A stretch of 64,000 nucleotides of DNA from Rhizobiaceae bacterium (GCA_041987205.1 JBHIWX010000007.1:5542-69541), one strand, 5' to 3'; shown: positions 46,636-57,025, counted from the stretch's first letter. The notes: generated from the letters alone by a model not told the origin. Program-made: numbers and translations.

Positions 46636-47865
46636 CTATGCTGCACTTTTGCTGCGCTGCAGCATATCGGCATTGAAGCGCCTGATGAGCACGATCAGGG
46701 CGCCGAGCGAGACCGCCGCACTCGCCACCAGCAGCGCGATCGCCGGCACCTCGCCCCAGCCTTCCGCCACGAAGGCGAAGCCGAAGGGCGCCGTCGCCGA
46801 GAGGATCAACCGTACCGAATTCAGCTTCCCCGTGATCCGGCCGTAGCCGACCGGGCCGAACAGGTGCAGCGGAATGGCGCCGCGCACGATATAGGTCAGC
46901 CCCTGTCCCGCGCCATAGCACACCGCAAAGGCGATCGCCGCCTTGCTCGACAGGCCGGCGAACAGCAGGAAGACCAGCCCGACGGTCAGCAGCGACGTTG
47001 AAACGATCCCTGTCGCCAGCGGCGTGCGCCGCGCGCCGAAGATCATCTCGACCAGACGCGCGCCCACCTGGAACGGCCCGACCAGCGCGCCGACGAAAGC
47101 AGCCGCCGCCGCGTCATAACCGAGCCCGCCGAGAATGCCCGGCAGGTGCAACTGCGTCGCCGTGATCGCCATCGCGCCGCCGCAAAAGCAGATGCCGAGC
47201 AGCGCCATCGTGCCGGGCGGGGCATGTGGGCGTGGCGCCGTTTCAGAAACATCCGACGCTTCGTCGCGAGCCTCATGCGCTGCAAACGCCGAGCGTGGCA
47301 GCACGATCCAGTGGATCGGCGCGCAGATCGCGAACTGCATCGCGGCGAGCACGAAATAGACCTCGCGCCAGTCGAGAAAACCCAGCATCCAGACGATCAG
47401 CGGCCAGAAGATCGTCTGGGCAAAACCCGCCACCAGCGTGATCTGGGTAATGCCCAGCCTTGCCCGTGCACCCGCGACCTGGGTCATCGCGACGAAGGCG
47501 GCCTCGTAGAGCACGAAGGCGGAGACCAGCATCAGCGCCAGCGACGCCGCGATGAAGGAAACCGGACCGACGGTCGATCCGATGGCGATCAGGGTCGCGC
47601 CGGCCAGTAGCGATCCGACACCCATCGGCACGCGTGCGCCGACCCGGTCGAGCAGATTGCCGGCGGATGGCGCGATCAGCCCGCTCGCCAGCAGGCCGGC
47701 CGAGAACACGGCGAAGACAAAGGAACGCGACCAGCCGAAGGCTTCGACGAACTCGCCCGACATGATCGAGAACGAATAGAACAGCGTGCCGTAGCCAACC
47801 GTCATCGTGACCGCCAACCCGGCGACCGCACCGGCCGTTCCCGGCACGAAGACACGGTTCAGCAC
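46636..47865 (-). CDS. MFS transporter
   Basis: About 12 hydrophobic segments, with an MFS-like loop LLDRVGARVPM between TM2 and TM3. Confidence 0.75.
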   Translation of the reverse strand: MLNRVFVPGTAGAVAGLAVTMTVGYGTLFYSFSIMSGEFVEAFGWSRSFVFAVFSAGLLASGLIAPSAGNLLDRVGARVPMGVGSLLAGATLIAIGSTVGPVSFIAASLALMLVSAFVLYEAAFVAMTQVAGARARLGITQITLVAGFAQTIFWPLIVWMLGFLDWREVYFVLAAMQFAICAPIHWIVLPRSAFAAHEARDEASDVSETAPRPHAPPGTMALLGICFCGGAMAITATQLHLPGILGGLGYDAAAAAFVGALVGPFQVGARLVEMIFGARRTPLATGIVSTSLLTVGLVFLLFAGLSSKAAIAFAVCYGAGQGLTYIVRGAIPLHLFGPVGYGRITGKLNSVRLILSATAPFGFAFVAEGWGEVPAIALLVASAAVSLGALIVLIRRFNADMLQRSKSAA

Positions 47866-47877
47866 GGCATGCTCCCG

Positions 47878-48891
47878 CTATTCCCCAAGGGCGAACCGGT
47901 ATCGCGTTTCCTGGCGATAGGTTTCGCCGGGCCGAAGCAGCGCGCTCGGATAATCCGGTCGGTTCGGCGCATCCGGCCAGATCTGCGGCTCGAGGCACAT
48001 GCCGGCATATTGCCCGTAGGGCCGACCCGTCAGCCCCGGCGCGGGATAGGCGATGTGCTCGCCGGCATAAAATTGCAGGCCCGGCTCGGTGGTCGACAGC
48101 GTCATGGCGACACCGGATTTCGGGCTCTTGACGCGGGCGATCTCGCGGATGCCGGTGCGCACGCCCGACACGCAGTAATTGTGATCGTACAGCACCTGTC
48201 TGCCATCGACCTGCCGGCGCAGCGCGCGGGGTTGCCGGAAATCGAGATCGCTGCCGTCGAGCGATGCCGGTTCGCCCGTCGGGATGAATTCCTCGTCCAC
48301 CGGCAGATAGTGGCCGGCGTCGATGCGCACCTCGTGGTCCAGCACCGTGTCCGAACCGTCGAGATTGAAATAGCCGTGATGGGCGAGGTTGACGATGGTC
48401 GGCCGGTCGGTCACCGCGCGCATCGAGAAGGCCAGCACACCGTCGCCAGGCAGCGCGATATCGACCGTCAGTTCGCAATTGCCCGGAAAGCCCATTTCGC
48501 CGTCACGATCGGAAAGCGTCAGCGTGACGTGATCATCCCCGACCTCGGCGATAGTCCAGTCCCGGCAAAAGGTGCCGTGCGAACCACCATGCAGCAGGTG
48601 CTTGCCGACGAAATTGCGATCGAGCTGGAAGGTCTCGCCATCGATGGCAAAACGGCCATCGGCAATACGGTTGGCGTAACGCCCGGCGACCGCACCGAAG
48701 AACATGCTGTGATCGGGATAGGGATCGAAGGTCGGAAATCCCAGCACCAGCGGCGGCGTATGCCCATCGAGCCGCAGATCCTGCACCGTTGCACCCCAAC
48801 TCAGCACGGACGCCGTCAGCCCCCCGCCGCTGAGCGTGACGCGCTCGACGGGCCTGCCCTCAGGCGATGTGCCGAATAACTCCCGTTGCAA
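47878..48891 (-). CDS. galM: aldose 1-epimerase (galactose mutarotase)
   Basis: FGAVAGRYANRIADGRFAIDGETFQLDRNFVGKHLLHGG and NLAHHGYFNL motifs of mutarotases. Confidence 0.8.
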   Translation of the reverse strand: MQRELFGTSPEGRPVERVTLSGGGLTASVLSWGATVQDLRLDGHTPPLVLGFPTFDPYPDHSMFFGAVAGRYANRIADGRFAIDGETFQLDRNFVGKHLLHGGSHGTFCRDWTIAEVGDDHVTLTLSDRDGEMGFPGNCELTVDIALPGDGVLAFSMRAVTDRPTIVNLAHHGYFNLDGSDTVLDHEVRIDAGHYLPVDEEFIPTGEPASLDGSDLDFRQPRALRRQVDGRQVLYDHNYCVSGVRTGIREIARVKSPKSGVAMTLSTTEPGLQFYAGEHIAYPAPGLTGRPYGQYAGMCLEPQIWPDAPNRPDYPSALLRPGETYRQETRYRFALGE

Positions 48892-48999
48892 GAAGGCGTC
48901 CCCCGCAGGTTAATCCGGTTCACGCCCCGCCGGACCGGCGTCGGCGATTATGATGGTTCGTGGTCGCCTTGAAAAGACGGCCGCATGCGCGCCTTGCGG

Positions 49000-49467
49000 C
49001 TAGCGGATCGCGAATATTCCGTCCACCTCGACACAGGCATTGAGCGGCAGCGCGGCGACACCGACGGCGGCACGGGCATGCGCGCCCTTTTCGCCGAGCA
49101 CCGCACCAATCAAATCCGAAGCCCCGTTGATGACTTTCGGATGGTCGGTAAAGGTTGGCGTGCTGGCGACAAAGCCGCCGAGACGCACGCAGCGCACAAC
49201 GCGTTCCAGATCGCCCTCGCAGGCCTGGTTGATCTGCGCCAGCAGGTTGATGGCGCAAACCTTCGCCGCTTCGGCACCTTCCTCGACGCTCACATCCTGT
49301 CCCAGAAGGCCGGTCCTGGAGACCTTGCCATCGACGAACGGCAACTGCCCCGAGACGAAAACGAGGTCGCCCTGCCGCACGAAGCCGACATAGCTCGCGA
49401 CCGGCGCCGCCGGTTCGGCCAGTTCGATCCCCATCGCCTTGAGCCGTTCTGAAATGGTCTGTGTCAT
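49000..49467 (-). CDS. RidA/YjgF family protein
   Basis: VRQGDLVFVSGQLP...ARAAVGVAALPLNACVEVDGIFAI pattern of the RidA fold. Trimmed to ATG 49467. Confidence 0.8.
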   Translation of the reverse strand: MTQTISERLKAMGIELAEPAAPVASYVGFVRQGDLVFVSGQLPFVDGKVSRTGLLGQDVSVEEGAEAAKVCAINLLAQINQACEGDLERVVRCVRLGGFVASTPTFTDHPKVINGASDLIGAVLGEKGAHARAAVGVAALPLNACVEVDGIFAIR

Positions 49468-49692
49468 GTGGTATGAAGCTCCTTGTTGGACGGTCGGCAA
49501 GCTAGAGCATTTCAGGGGGAACTGGAATGCGCCTCAGCGCCACCAGCCATGCGCCCTTGCCAGAGCTGCATTGCATCCGCCACGTGTTACGCCCGGCTGG
49601 CCCGAACGTCTCAAATTCATTAAACCAGTTGATGGGGCGGCCGCATTCCGTCTGCCCCGGATAGATGACAGTACATTTGGGAAGATGCCGAC

Positions 49693-50523
49693 ATGATATT
49701 CCACACCGTCCAGGACTGGGACGACGCCTACGCCAACGTGCAGAACATTCCCGGCGGCGAGACCTATCCCGGCATCTGGGAGCAGAAGTCCGCCGGCTTC
49801 CGCGACACCGTGACGGCCGAAGGTCGCGCGGAACTCGACCTTGTCTACGGTCCGGGCGAACGCAACCGCTTCGACCTGTTCCTGCCGCGGGGCGAGGCGA
49901 AAGGCCTGTTCGTCTTCGTCCATGGCGGCTACTGGATGCGATTCGACAAATCGATGTGGTCGCATCTGGCCGCCGGGCCACTGGCGAAGAACTACGCCGT
50001 CGCCATGCCTTCCTACACGCTGTGTCCCGACATCGGCATCGCCGGCATCACGAAGGAAATCGGCATGGCGATCGATGCGGCCGCAGCGCGTATCGCCGGC
50101 CCGATCGTGCTCGCTGGCCACTCCGCCGGCGGCCATCTGGTCTCGCGCATGATCTGCGGCGACAGCCCGCTCGCCCCTGCCACGATGGCGCGCATCGCCA
50201 ACACGGTCTCGATCTCCGGCGTCCACGATCTGCGCCCCTTGCTGCACCTCGCCCTCAACGCGACGCTGCGCCTCGCCCCCGCCGAGGCAGCGGCCGAAAG
50301 CCCCGTCCTGCTCGAACCGGCCGGCGAGGTGACGCTGGTCTGCTGGGTCGGTGCCGGCGAGCGCGCGGAATTCATCCGCCAGAACGCCCTGCTCGCCAAT
50401 GTCTGGCACGGCCTGCGCGCCCGTACCGCTTGCGTGGAGGAACCCGACCGCCACCATTTCAACGTGATCGATGGTTTGGCCGACCCCGACAGTCCGCTGA
50501 TTCAGGCTGCCTTGGGTTTCTGA
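49693..50523 (+). CDS. alpha/beta hydrolase (arylformamidase/esterase-like)
   Basis: FVHGGYW oxyanion motif and the nucleophile elbow GHSAGGH. Confidence 0.7.
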   Translation: MIFHTVQDWDDAYANVQNIPGGETYPGIWEQKSAGFRDTVTAEGRAELDLVYGPGERNRFDLFLPRGEAKGLFVFVHGGYWMRFDKSMWSHLAAGPLAKNYAVAMPSYTLCPDIGIAGITKEIGMAIDAAAARIAGPIVLAGHSAGGHLVSRMICGDSPLAPATMARIANTVSISGVHDLRPLLHLALNATLRLAPAEAAAESPVLLEPAGEVTLVCWVGAGERAEFIRQNALLANVWHGLRARTACVEEPDRHHFNVIDGLADPDSPLIQAALGF

Positions 50524-50633
50524 AGACCTGAACGCACAACCATTTTCACGGGGGTGCGGACGTTGAACACGCCCGCCTGCCATAGATGGAGATGGCGTTC
50601 AGGCTCGTCTTGTTCGCCTGGGGTCGCTTCGTT

Positions 50634-51815
50634 TCAATCCTCGAATGGAAGTCCGAGATATTCGTAGGCCAGGGCTTCTTGAGCGGCTTCCGACCCAAGC
50701 AGCAGGTCGTAATCGCTTTCACGCATTCTCTGGTCGAAAGGGTCATCATCGGGAAAAACGTGCAGCAGCTTCGTCAATCGCCAGCTGATGTTTTCGGAGG
50801 CCCAGATACGACGAAGCGCCATCTCGGAATAGCAGTCTAGATAGTGGTCAGACCCTTCGAGATAATGCGTGCGAAGGGCGCGACTGAGGTAAAAGACATC
50901 CGAGAAGGCAAGGTTCAAACCCTTGGCGCCTGTCGGCGGTACGATATGCCCGGTATCGCCGGCAAGAAACAGTTTCCCCCATCTGAGCGGCTCCGACACA
51001 AAGGAACGGAGCGGTGCGATCGATTTTTCGATCGACGGGCCGGTTTGGACCTTCGAAGCCAGATCTCCCGGAAGCCGGCGCAACAGGGTCTCCCAGAAGC
51101 GATCGTCTGACCAGTCCTCAATCCGGTCGGTGATTGGCGCCTGCACATAGTAGCGGCTCAACATCGGATTGCGTTGCGCCGCCATGGCCATCCCGTCCGA
51201 ATGATAGGCGTAGGTGAAGTTATCCAACGGTGGGCGCTCTACCATGATGCCCAGCCAGCCGAACGGATATACCCGCTCGAACTCGCGCCTGATGTCCTTG
51301 GGAATGGAATGCCGTGACGGGCCGTGAAACCCGTCGCAACCGCAAATGAAATCACAACTCAGGCGATGCCGAACACCGTCCTTTACGTAGGTGACCGAGG
51401 GATTGTCCGTGACGTCGTGCAGCGCCACTTCACCCGCTTCATGGACCATGTTTGCCCCGGAGGCGATCAGCGCATCGTGCAGATCCTCCTGGATGTAGGT
51501 CTGTCCCCAGGCCCACATCTGCTTTCCCGTCCACTTCTTCAGATCGATGAAGAAGTCCGGGCGATTTTCCCAAACGATCAGGGCACCATTCTTGGCTTTT
51601 CCGTCACGCAGCATCCTGTCGGCGAGACCGTACTCCTTCAGAAGTTCCGCCGTTCCGTATTCCAGCACGCCCGCTCGAATGCGCGATGCGACATAGTCCA
51701 TGCTTTGGCGCTCCAGCACGACATTGTCGATGCCGTTCACACCAAGAATGTGACTGAGCATCAGGCCGGCAGGCCCGCCACCGATGATCGCAACCTTTGT
51801 CTTTGCGTGCTGCAT
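50634..51815 (-). CDS. pobA: 4-hydroxybenzoate 3-monooxygenase
   Basis: KVAIIGGGPAGLMLSHILGVNGIDNVVLERQS...RIRAGVLE, LFLAGDTGHIVPPTGAKGLNLAFSDV, and the C-terminal ...AYEYLGLPFED all follow PobA. Confidence 0.8.
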   Translation of the reverse strand: MQHAKTKVAIIGGGPAGLMLSHILGVNGIDNVVLERQSMDYVASRIRAGVLEYGTAELLKEYGLADRMLRDGKAKNGALIVWENRPDFFIDLKKWTGKQMWAWGQTYIQEDLHDALIASGANMVHEAGEVALHDVTDNPSVTYVKDGVRHRLSCDFICGCDGFHGPSRHSIPKDIRREFERVYPFGWLGIMVERPPLDNFTYAYHSDGMAMAAQRNPMLSRYYVQAPITDRIEDWSDDRFWETLLRRLPGDLASKVQTGPSIEKSIAPLRSFVSEPLRWGKLFLAGDTGHIVPPTGAKGLNLAFSDVFYLSRALRTHYLEGSDHYLDCYSEMALRRIWASENISWRLTKLLHVFPDDDPFDQRMRESDYDLLLGSEAAQEALAYEYLGLPFED

Positions 51816-52100
51816 GCTCCGGCTCCCGTAAATGCCAGAGGTTCGACAGGCTCACCCGCCACGGTTTGCGTTGATAAGATCACGACGAATTCAGGAATGG
51901 TAGAAAATTCAGCGATGCCGGTTTGGGTTCGAAACCGTCATTTCTGGTTTCGGTCGGGAAGTTCGTGAGTGATCTTTCCGCTTTCGAGGAGCTTCGGGGG
52001 CAGCGTCGGGGTTGGTTTCCCTCCCGAAGTGAAAGAACACTGTCAGAAGTTCCGTCGAAAGCACAAATCCGCGTTCACTCATCCACGAGCACAGACCTGG

Positions 52101-52889
52101 CTACTTTCCCTTGAACTCGGGTTTGCGCTTGTCGAAGAAGGCGGCGACCGCGTTGCGGAAATCCTCCGATTCGACCAGCTTCTGCTGCGCCTTCGCCTCC
52201 AGCGTGATCGCGTCCTGCAGGCGCATCCGCCCGATATTTCGAAGCACCCGCTTGGCCGTGGCCTGCGCCAGCGGCGCGCCGGTGGCGAGCTTTTCCGCCC
52301 AGGCATGCGCCTCCTCGCTGGCCTTGCCCTTGCCGACGATCCGGTTGGCAAGGCCAACGTCGCGGCACTCCTCCGCCGGAATGCGCCTGCCCTCGACGAT
52401 GGTCTCGAAGGCGCGGGCATAGCCCATGGCGTGCAAGAGATGCCAGGTCGAGCCTCCATCGGGGATAAGCCCGATCGCGGCGAAGGCCAGATAGATCGAG
52501 GCGTCCTCCTCCATCACCGCGAGATCGCAGGTCATGGCGAGCGCACCGCCGATCCCCGCGGCGACGCCATGCACCGCCGCAATCCAGATCTTGGAGCTCT
52601 CGGCAATCGCCATCAGGAAAGGCTTGTACTCGGTCTCGATTTGCTCGGTGACCGACCCATCGATGCCTTGGGTGAGATCGGCACCGGCGCAAAAGCCGTC
52701 GCCGGCACCGGCCAGCACGACCACCCGCACGGCCTCGTCCTCCTCCACCGACTGGATCGCCGCCAGCAGCGCGGCACGCAATTCAGCGTTGAAGGCGTTG
52801 CGTACCTTCGGTCGGTTGAGCGTGACGCGCGCGACCGGCCCTTGTGTTTCGACCGAAACCGTCTCGCTCGACCCTGCTTCATCCGCCAT
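52101..52889 (-). CDS. enoyl-CoA hydratase/isomerase family protein
   Basis: RVTLNRPKVRNAF...VVVLAGAGDGFCAGADL...AAVHGVAAGIGGALAMTCD crotonase signature. Confidence 0.8.
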   Translation of the reverse strand: MADEAGSSETVSVETQGPVARVTLNRPKVRNAFNAELRAALLAAIQSVEEDEAVRVVVLAGAGDGFCAGADLTQGIDGSVTEQIETEYKPFLMAIAESSKIWIAAVHGVAAGIGGALAMTCDLAVMEEDASIYLAFAAIGLIPDGGSTWHLLHAMGYARAFETIVEGRRIPAEECRDVGLANRIVGKGKASEEAHAWAEKLATGAPLAQATAKRVLRNIGRMRLQDAITLEAKAQQKLVESEDFRNAVAAFFDKRKPEFKGK

Positions 52890-52918
52890 GGTCTCTACCC
52901 CTCCCTGTCAGCACCGCG

Positions 52919-54043
52919 TCAGACGAGCGCGCCAGACTGGCGCAGTTCCTCGACCTCGGCAGCGTTGTAGCCGAGTTCACCCAGCACATCCTCGGTATCG
53001 GCGCCACTGGCATGCGCTGCTTCCGGGACCGGCAATTCGGTACGCGAGAAGCGCGGCGCCGGCGCGGCTTGCACGACACCGTCATAACTGGCGAGCGTGC
53101 CGCGCGCGGCGACGTGGGGGTGCCCTGGCGCCTCGTCCCAGTCGAGCACGGGCGCGATGCAGGCATCCGTACCCTCGAACATTTCCGCCCACGCATCACG
53201 GCTGCGGCCGGCGAAAATCTCTGTAAAGATGCCGGTCAGCTCCGCCCAACGCGACTTGTCCATGCGCGCGGAAAGCCATTCCCGGTCGAGCTTGAGCTTG
53301 TCGACCACGATCTCGAAGAATTGCGGCTCGAGCGCGCCGATGGAGATGTACTTGCCGTCGGCGGTTTCGTAGCAGCGGTAGAATGGCGCCGCGCCGTCGA
53401 TCAGATTGTCGCCGCGCGCCTTCGACCAGCCGCCATTCGCCAGCCAGCTGTGCATCAGGCCCATCATGGCTGGCACGCCGTCGACCATCGCCGCGTCGAC
53501 CACCTGTCCCTTGCCGGAACGCGACCGCTCGAACAGCGCTGCCAGCACGCCGGTGACGAGAAACATCGCGCCGCCGCCATAATCGGCCACCAGGTTGAGC
53601 GGCGGCACGGGCGGCCGGCCGGGCTCGCCCATCGCATGCAGCGCACCCGTCAACGCCATGTAGTTGATGTCGTGTCCGGCGACCTGCGCCAGCGGTCCGT
53701 CCTGACCCCAGCCGGTCATGCGGCCGAAGATCAGGCCCGCATTGCGCGCCATGCAGGCATCGGGACCCAGTCCGAGGCGCTCCATGACGCCGGGCCGGAA
53801 CCCCTCGATCAGCACGTCCGATCCCTCGATCAGCCTGAGCACGACCTCCTTGCCGCGCGCATCCTTCAGGTTGACCGCGATCGATTTCTTGCCGCGCCGG
53901 TTGACGCCGCCGGTGAGGTCGCCGCCCTTGCCGCGATCGACAATGATCACCTCGGCACCCATGTCGGCCAGCAACTGGCCGGCCAGCGGACACGGTCCGA
54001 TGCCGGCCATTTCGACGATTCGCAAACCGGTGAGCGGTCCCAT
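52919..54043 (-). CDS. CaiB/BaiF family CoA-transferase / alpha-methylacyl-CoA racemase-like protein
   Basis: GPLTGLRIVEMAGIGPCPLAGQLLADMGAEVIIVDR and IEGFRPGVMERLGLGP motifs of family III CoA-transferases. Confidence 0.8.
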   Translation of the reverse strand: MGPLTGLRIVEMAGIGPCPLAGQLLADMGAEVIIVDRGKGGDLTGGVNRRGKKSIAVNLKDARGKEVVLRLIEGSDVLIEGFRPGVMERLGLGPDACMARNAGLIFGRMTGWGQDGPLAQVAGHDINYMALTGALHAMGEPGRPPVPPLNLVADYGGGAMFLVTGVLAALFERSRSGKGQVVDAAMVDGVPAMMGLMHSWLANGGWSKARGDNLIDGAAPFYRCYETADGKYISIGALEPQFFEIVVDKLKLDREWLSARMDKSRWAELTGIFTEIFAGRSRDAWAEMFEGTDACIAPVLDWDEAPGHPHVAARGTLASYDGVVQAAPAPRFSRTELPVPEAAHASGADTEDVLGELGYNAAEVEELRQSGALV

Positions 54044-54068
54044 GGCTATTGTCCCGCTGCCTTGCGGA

Positions 54069-54830
54069 TCACGGCAGGCGGATGGCGCCGTCGAGGCGAA
54101 TGGTCTCGCCGTTCAGATAGGGGCTTTCGACGATGTTGCGCGCAAGCTGGCCGTACTCCGCCGGCGAACCGAGTCGCTTGGGGAAGGTCACCTGCGCGGA
54201 CAATTGCTCGACGACCTTTTCGCCAAGCCCCTCGAACAGCGGCGTCATGAACAGGCCCGGCGCGATGGTGCAGATACGGATACCGTAAAAGCTGAGATCG
54301 CGCGCGATCGGCAGCGTCATGCCGACAATGCCGCCCTTTGACGCCGAATAGGCGACCTGGCCCTTCTGTCCATCATAGGCGGCCACCGAGGCCGTGTTGA
54401 CGATCACGCCGCGCTCGCCGTCCTCGTTCGGCTCATTGCCGGCCATCTGTTCGGAGGCGAGCCTGAGCACGTTGAACGTGCCGATGAGATTGATCTCGAT
54501 GACCTTCTTGTAGATGCCGAGATCGTGCGGGCCTTCCTTGCCCATGGTCTTCATCGCCATGCCGATGCCGGCGCAGTTGACGTTGGCGTTGATCTTGCCG
54601 AAAGCGTCGACCGCCGCTGCGATACCCGCTTTCACATTCTCTTCGCTGGTGACGTCGACCTTGGCGAAGATGACGTTGTCGCCCAGTTCAGCGGCAATCT
54701 GTTCGCCCCGCGAGGCGTTCATGTCGAAAATGGCGACCCTGGCGCCGCCCGCTGCGAAATTCCTGACCGTGGCTTCACCCAGGCCCGATGCCCCGCCTGT
54801 AACGATGGCGACCGTTTCGCTGATCTTCAT
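54069..54830 (-). CDS. SDR family 3-hydroxyacyl-CoA dehydrogenase (type-2-like)
   Basis: [20 protein letters not shown], and [19 protein letters not shown] (YxxxK). Trimmed to ATG 54830. Confidence 0.8.
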   Translation of the reverse strand: MKISETVAIVTGGASGLGEATVRNFAAGGARVAIFDMNASRGEQIAAELGDNVIFAKVDVTSEENVKAGIAAAVDAFGKINANVNCAGIGMAMKTMGKEGPHDLGIYKKVIEINLIGTFNVLRLASEQMAGNEPNEDGERGVIVNTASVAAYDGQKGQVAYSASKGGIVGMTLPIARDLSFYGIRICTIAPGLFMTPLFEGLGEKVVEQLSAQVTFPKRLGSPAEYGQLARNIVESPYLNGETIRLDGAIRLP

Positions 54831-54983
54831 GTCGATTCCCTGTCCTTTGAACGATGTGTTGGATTGCCGTTGGCTGATCTTTGTTTGGCCGCGGGGTCGG
54901 CGATCCGTCAACTGTTATTCGTTCCGCAACGTAAAAAGGGCGGCCGATCGTTCGGCCGCCCTCCTCATGTCTCCGGTACCGGA

Positions 54984-56141
54984 TTACTTCAGCGTGGCGA
55001 CCGTCTTGAACACGCCGTCCTGGACCTGCGAGATGAAGATCTCGTCGGCGGCCTGGTGGTCGCCCGGTCCCAGCTTGACGGTGTTGCCGGCAATCACGTC
55101 GTCATAGGACAGCGATTCCATGCCCTTCTGGAAGCTCTCGCCGTTCAGGTCCTGACCGGCGGCCTCGAGCCCGCGTACCAGCAGTTCGGCGGCGGTACGG
55201 CCGAGCAGCGAACCCGTGCCCGGTGCCTCGCCGACAGCGTCGGTATAGGCCTTCACCCAGGCAGCGACTTCCGGCACGTCCATGCGGTTTTCATGGTCCT
55301 GCCAGCCCGACGCGGCATAGAAGCCCTCGGTGATGCCGCCCGGCACCTTGCCAACAACGGTGTTGAACGCCGCCGAGGCACCCAGGAACTTCATGTCGTT
55401 GTAGCCGAGCTTCTTGGCCGTGCCGAGAATGGTGATGATCTGGCGCAGGCCGAGCGCGACGGTCACGACCTCGCAGCCTTCGGCATTGAGCTTCTGCAGC
55501 GGGCCGACGAAATCGGCCTCATCCGGCTTGTGGGTGGTTTCGGCGGCGAATTTCAGCCCCGATTCCTTGGCTTCGTCGGCCGTGCCGGCCTGGATTTCCT
55601 CGCCGAAATCGGTCGGCAGGTACATCGAGCACACCGTCTTGATGCCCATGTCGTCCTTCATCCACTTCAGCGAAGCGCGAATCTGGTCGTAATAGGACGA
55701 GGTGCCGGCATAGTGCAGGGCGAGCGGCTCCTGGAGCATCTGCCGCGCCGCCGTCAGCGGCGAGATGTTCGGGATGCCCTTGGGATCCATGATCTTGAAG
55801 GCGGCGAGGTTGTGCGGCGTGCCGAGCGACAGCAGCATGGCGAAGACCTGGTCGGAATTCACCAGCTTGTTGGCGAGCTGTACCGCCTTGGCCGGATTGT
55901 AGCCGTGATCCTCGGTGATGTAGACGATCTTGCGGCCATGCACGCCGCCCTTGGCGTTGACCTCGTCGAGATATTGCTGCGCGCCCTTCACCGCCGGGAC
56001 CGAAAAGCCGGCGAATATGCCGGACAGATCGTGAAACCCGCCGATCTTGATCTCGGTGTCGGAAACACCTTGTGTCTGCGCGGCAGCGGGCGCGGCCATC
56101 ATGACCGTGGCGATCGCAGCCGAAATCCAGAATGCTTTCAT
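54984..56141 (-). CDS. ABC transporter substrate-binding protein (Leu/Ile/Val-binding, family 4 type), orphan
   Basis: Signal peptide MKAFWISAAIATVMMAAPAAAQ. GVSDTEIKIGGFHDLSGIFAGF is typical of LivK-like SBPs. No permease or ATPase genes adjacent. Confidence 0.75.
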   Translation of the reverse strand: MKAFWISAAIATVMMAAPAAAQTQGVSDTEIKIGGFHDLSGIFAGFSVPAVKGAQQYLDEVNAKGGVHGRKIVYITEDHGYNPAKAVQLANKLVNSDQVFAMLLSLGTPHNLAAFKIMDPKGIPNISPLTAARQMLQEPLALHYAGTSSYYDQIRASLKWMKDDMGIKTVCSMYLPTDFGEEIQAGTADEAKESGLKFAAETTHKPDEADFVGPLQKLNAEGCEVVTVALGLRQIITILGTAKKLGYNDMKFLGASAAFNTVVGKVPGGITEGFYAASGWQDHENRMDVPEVAAWVKAYTDAVGEAPGTGSLLGRTAAELLVRGLEAAGQDLNGESFQKGMESLSYDDVIAGNTVKLGPGDHQAADEIFISQVQDGVFKTVATLK

Positions 56142-56431
56142 GTTCTCCTCCTTGTGCAGGCCGGTGATCGACCGGCGATTGCGCGACTCTCGGGTGATTT
56201 CCCGTTCAGGGCGTTACCCGCGGCAATCCCGATTGCCCGGCGCCCCTCGTCGTTTCGACAAGCTTGAACGATGCGGCGGCCCCAGGACCTCCTCCCCGCA
56301 TCGTCGGTGCAGTCGGTCAGAGCAAAGCAGGAAGCCCCATTCGACGCAAGCCTTTCCTTTCCCGGAACGTCAACGTCAATCAATGCGCGTCGGCATCGAT
56401 TGCGCGGCTCGCCAGCGTTTGGAGGCCGCGT

Positions 56432-57025
56432 TCAGTGCCTGGGCGAGGTCGAATGCGCGGCGTGGCGCAGATGCTCGAGGAAGCTGCGCGCCGACGAGCG
56501 TTGGAAGAACAGGACGAAGCTTCCCGCCGACGCATCTTCGCAAACGATCAGCGAGATCATGCCCTCGATCGGGGCCCGCGCGGCGGCATGCGTCGGAAAC
56601 ACCGATTCATGCAGATCGATCCCGCAAAGCTTCTCCATCACCTCGCGTGTCTTGCGCCCCGCGATGCGGACCGCGATCCAGCCGTTAGACTGGTCGGTGG
56701 CGTGGCAGGCCTTGCCCACCGGATCGGGCAAGGCGCCCTCGATGCCGGTGACGAACCATTGCCGCTCGCCGGCCCAGATGATTCGCACCTGTCCGCCATT
56801 GTGCCCGCCATCGGTGAAACGCCGGGGCGCCGGCAGACCGGTACCGAACGCTTTTTCGCAGGCTTTCGACAACGCCGTCTCGCCGCCGGCAGAGACCGAA
56901 ACCCAACGGATCGGCAGGCCGGCAAGTTCGCGTACGCTGAAATCCGGCCACGCCTCGTCGACCGGCTCGGTCATGGCAAGCCCGCTCTGCGCGGTAAGCT
57001 TGAACTGGGATTGGGTCTCAGGCAC
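56432..57025 (-). CDS. soxG: sarcosine oxidase subunit gamma
   Basis: Last gene of the soxB-D-A-G order. A GTG at 57025 overlaps the soxA stop (GTGCCTGA). Alternative ATG at 56974. Confidence 0.7.
   Translation of the reverse strand: MPETQSQFKLTAQSGLAMTEPVDEAWPDFSVRELAGLPIRWVSVSAGGETALSKACEKAFGTGLPAPRRFTDGGHNGGQVRIIWAGERQWFVTGIEGALPDPVGKACHATDQSNGWIAVRIAGRKTREVMEKLCGIDLHESVFPTHAAARAPIEGMISLIVCEDASAGSFVLFFQRSSARSFLEHLRHAAHSTSPRH

Noticed and set aside
51925-51936. GGGTTCGAAACC, reminiscent of a tRNA T-arm, in the spacer upstream of pobA. It could have marked a tRNA remnant or att site.
   Set aside because: The flanking bases do not form a 5-bp T stem or an acceptor stem. It is just a short palindrome.
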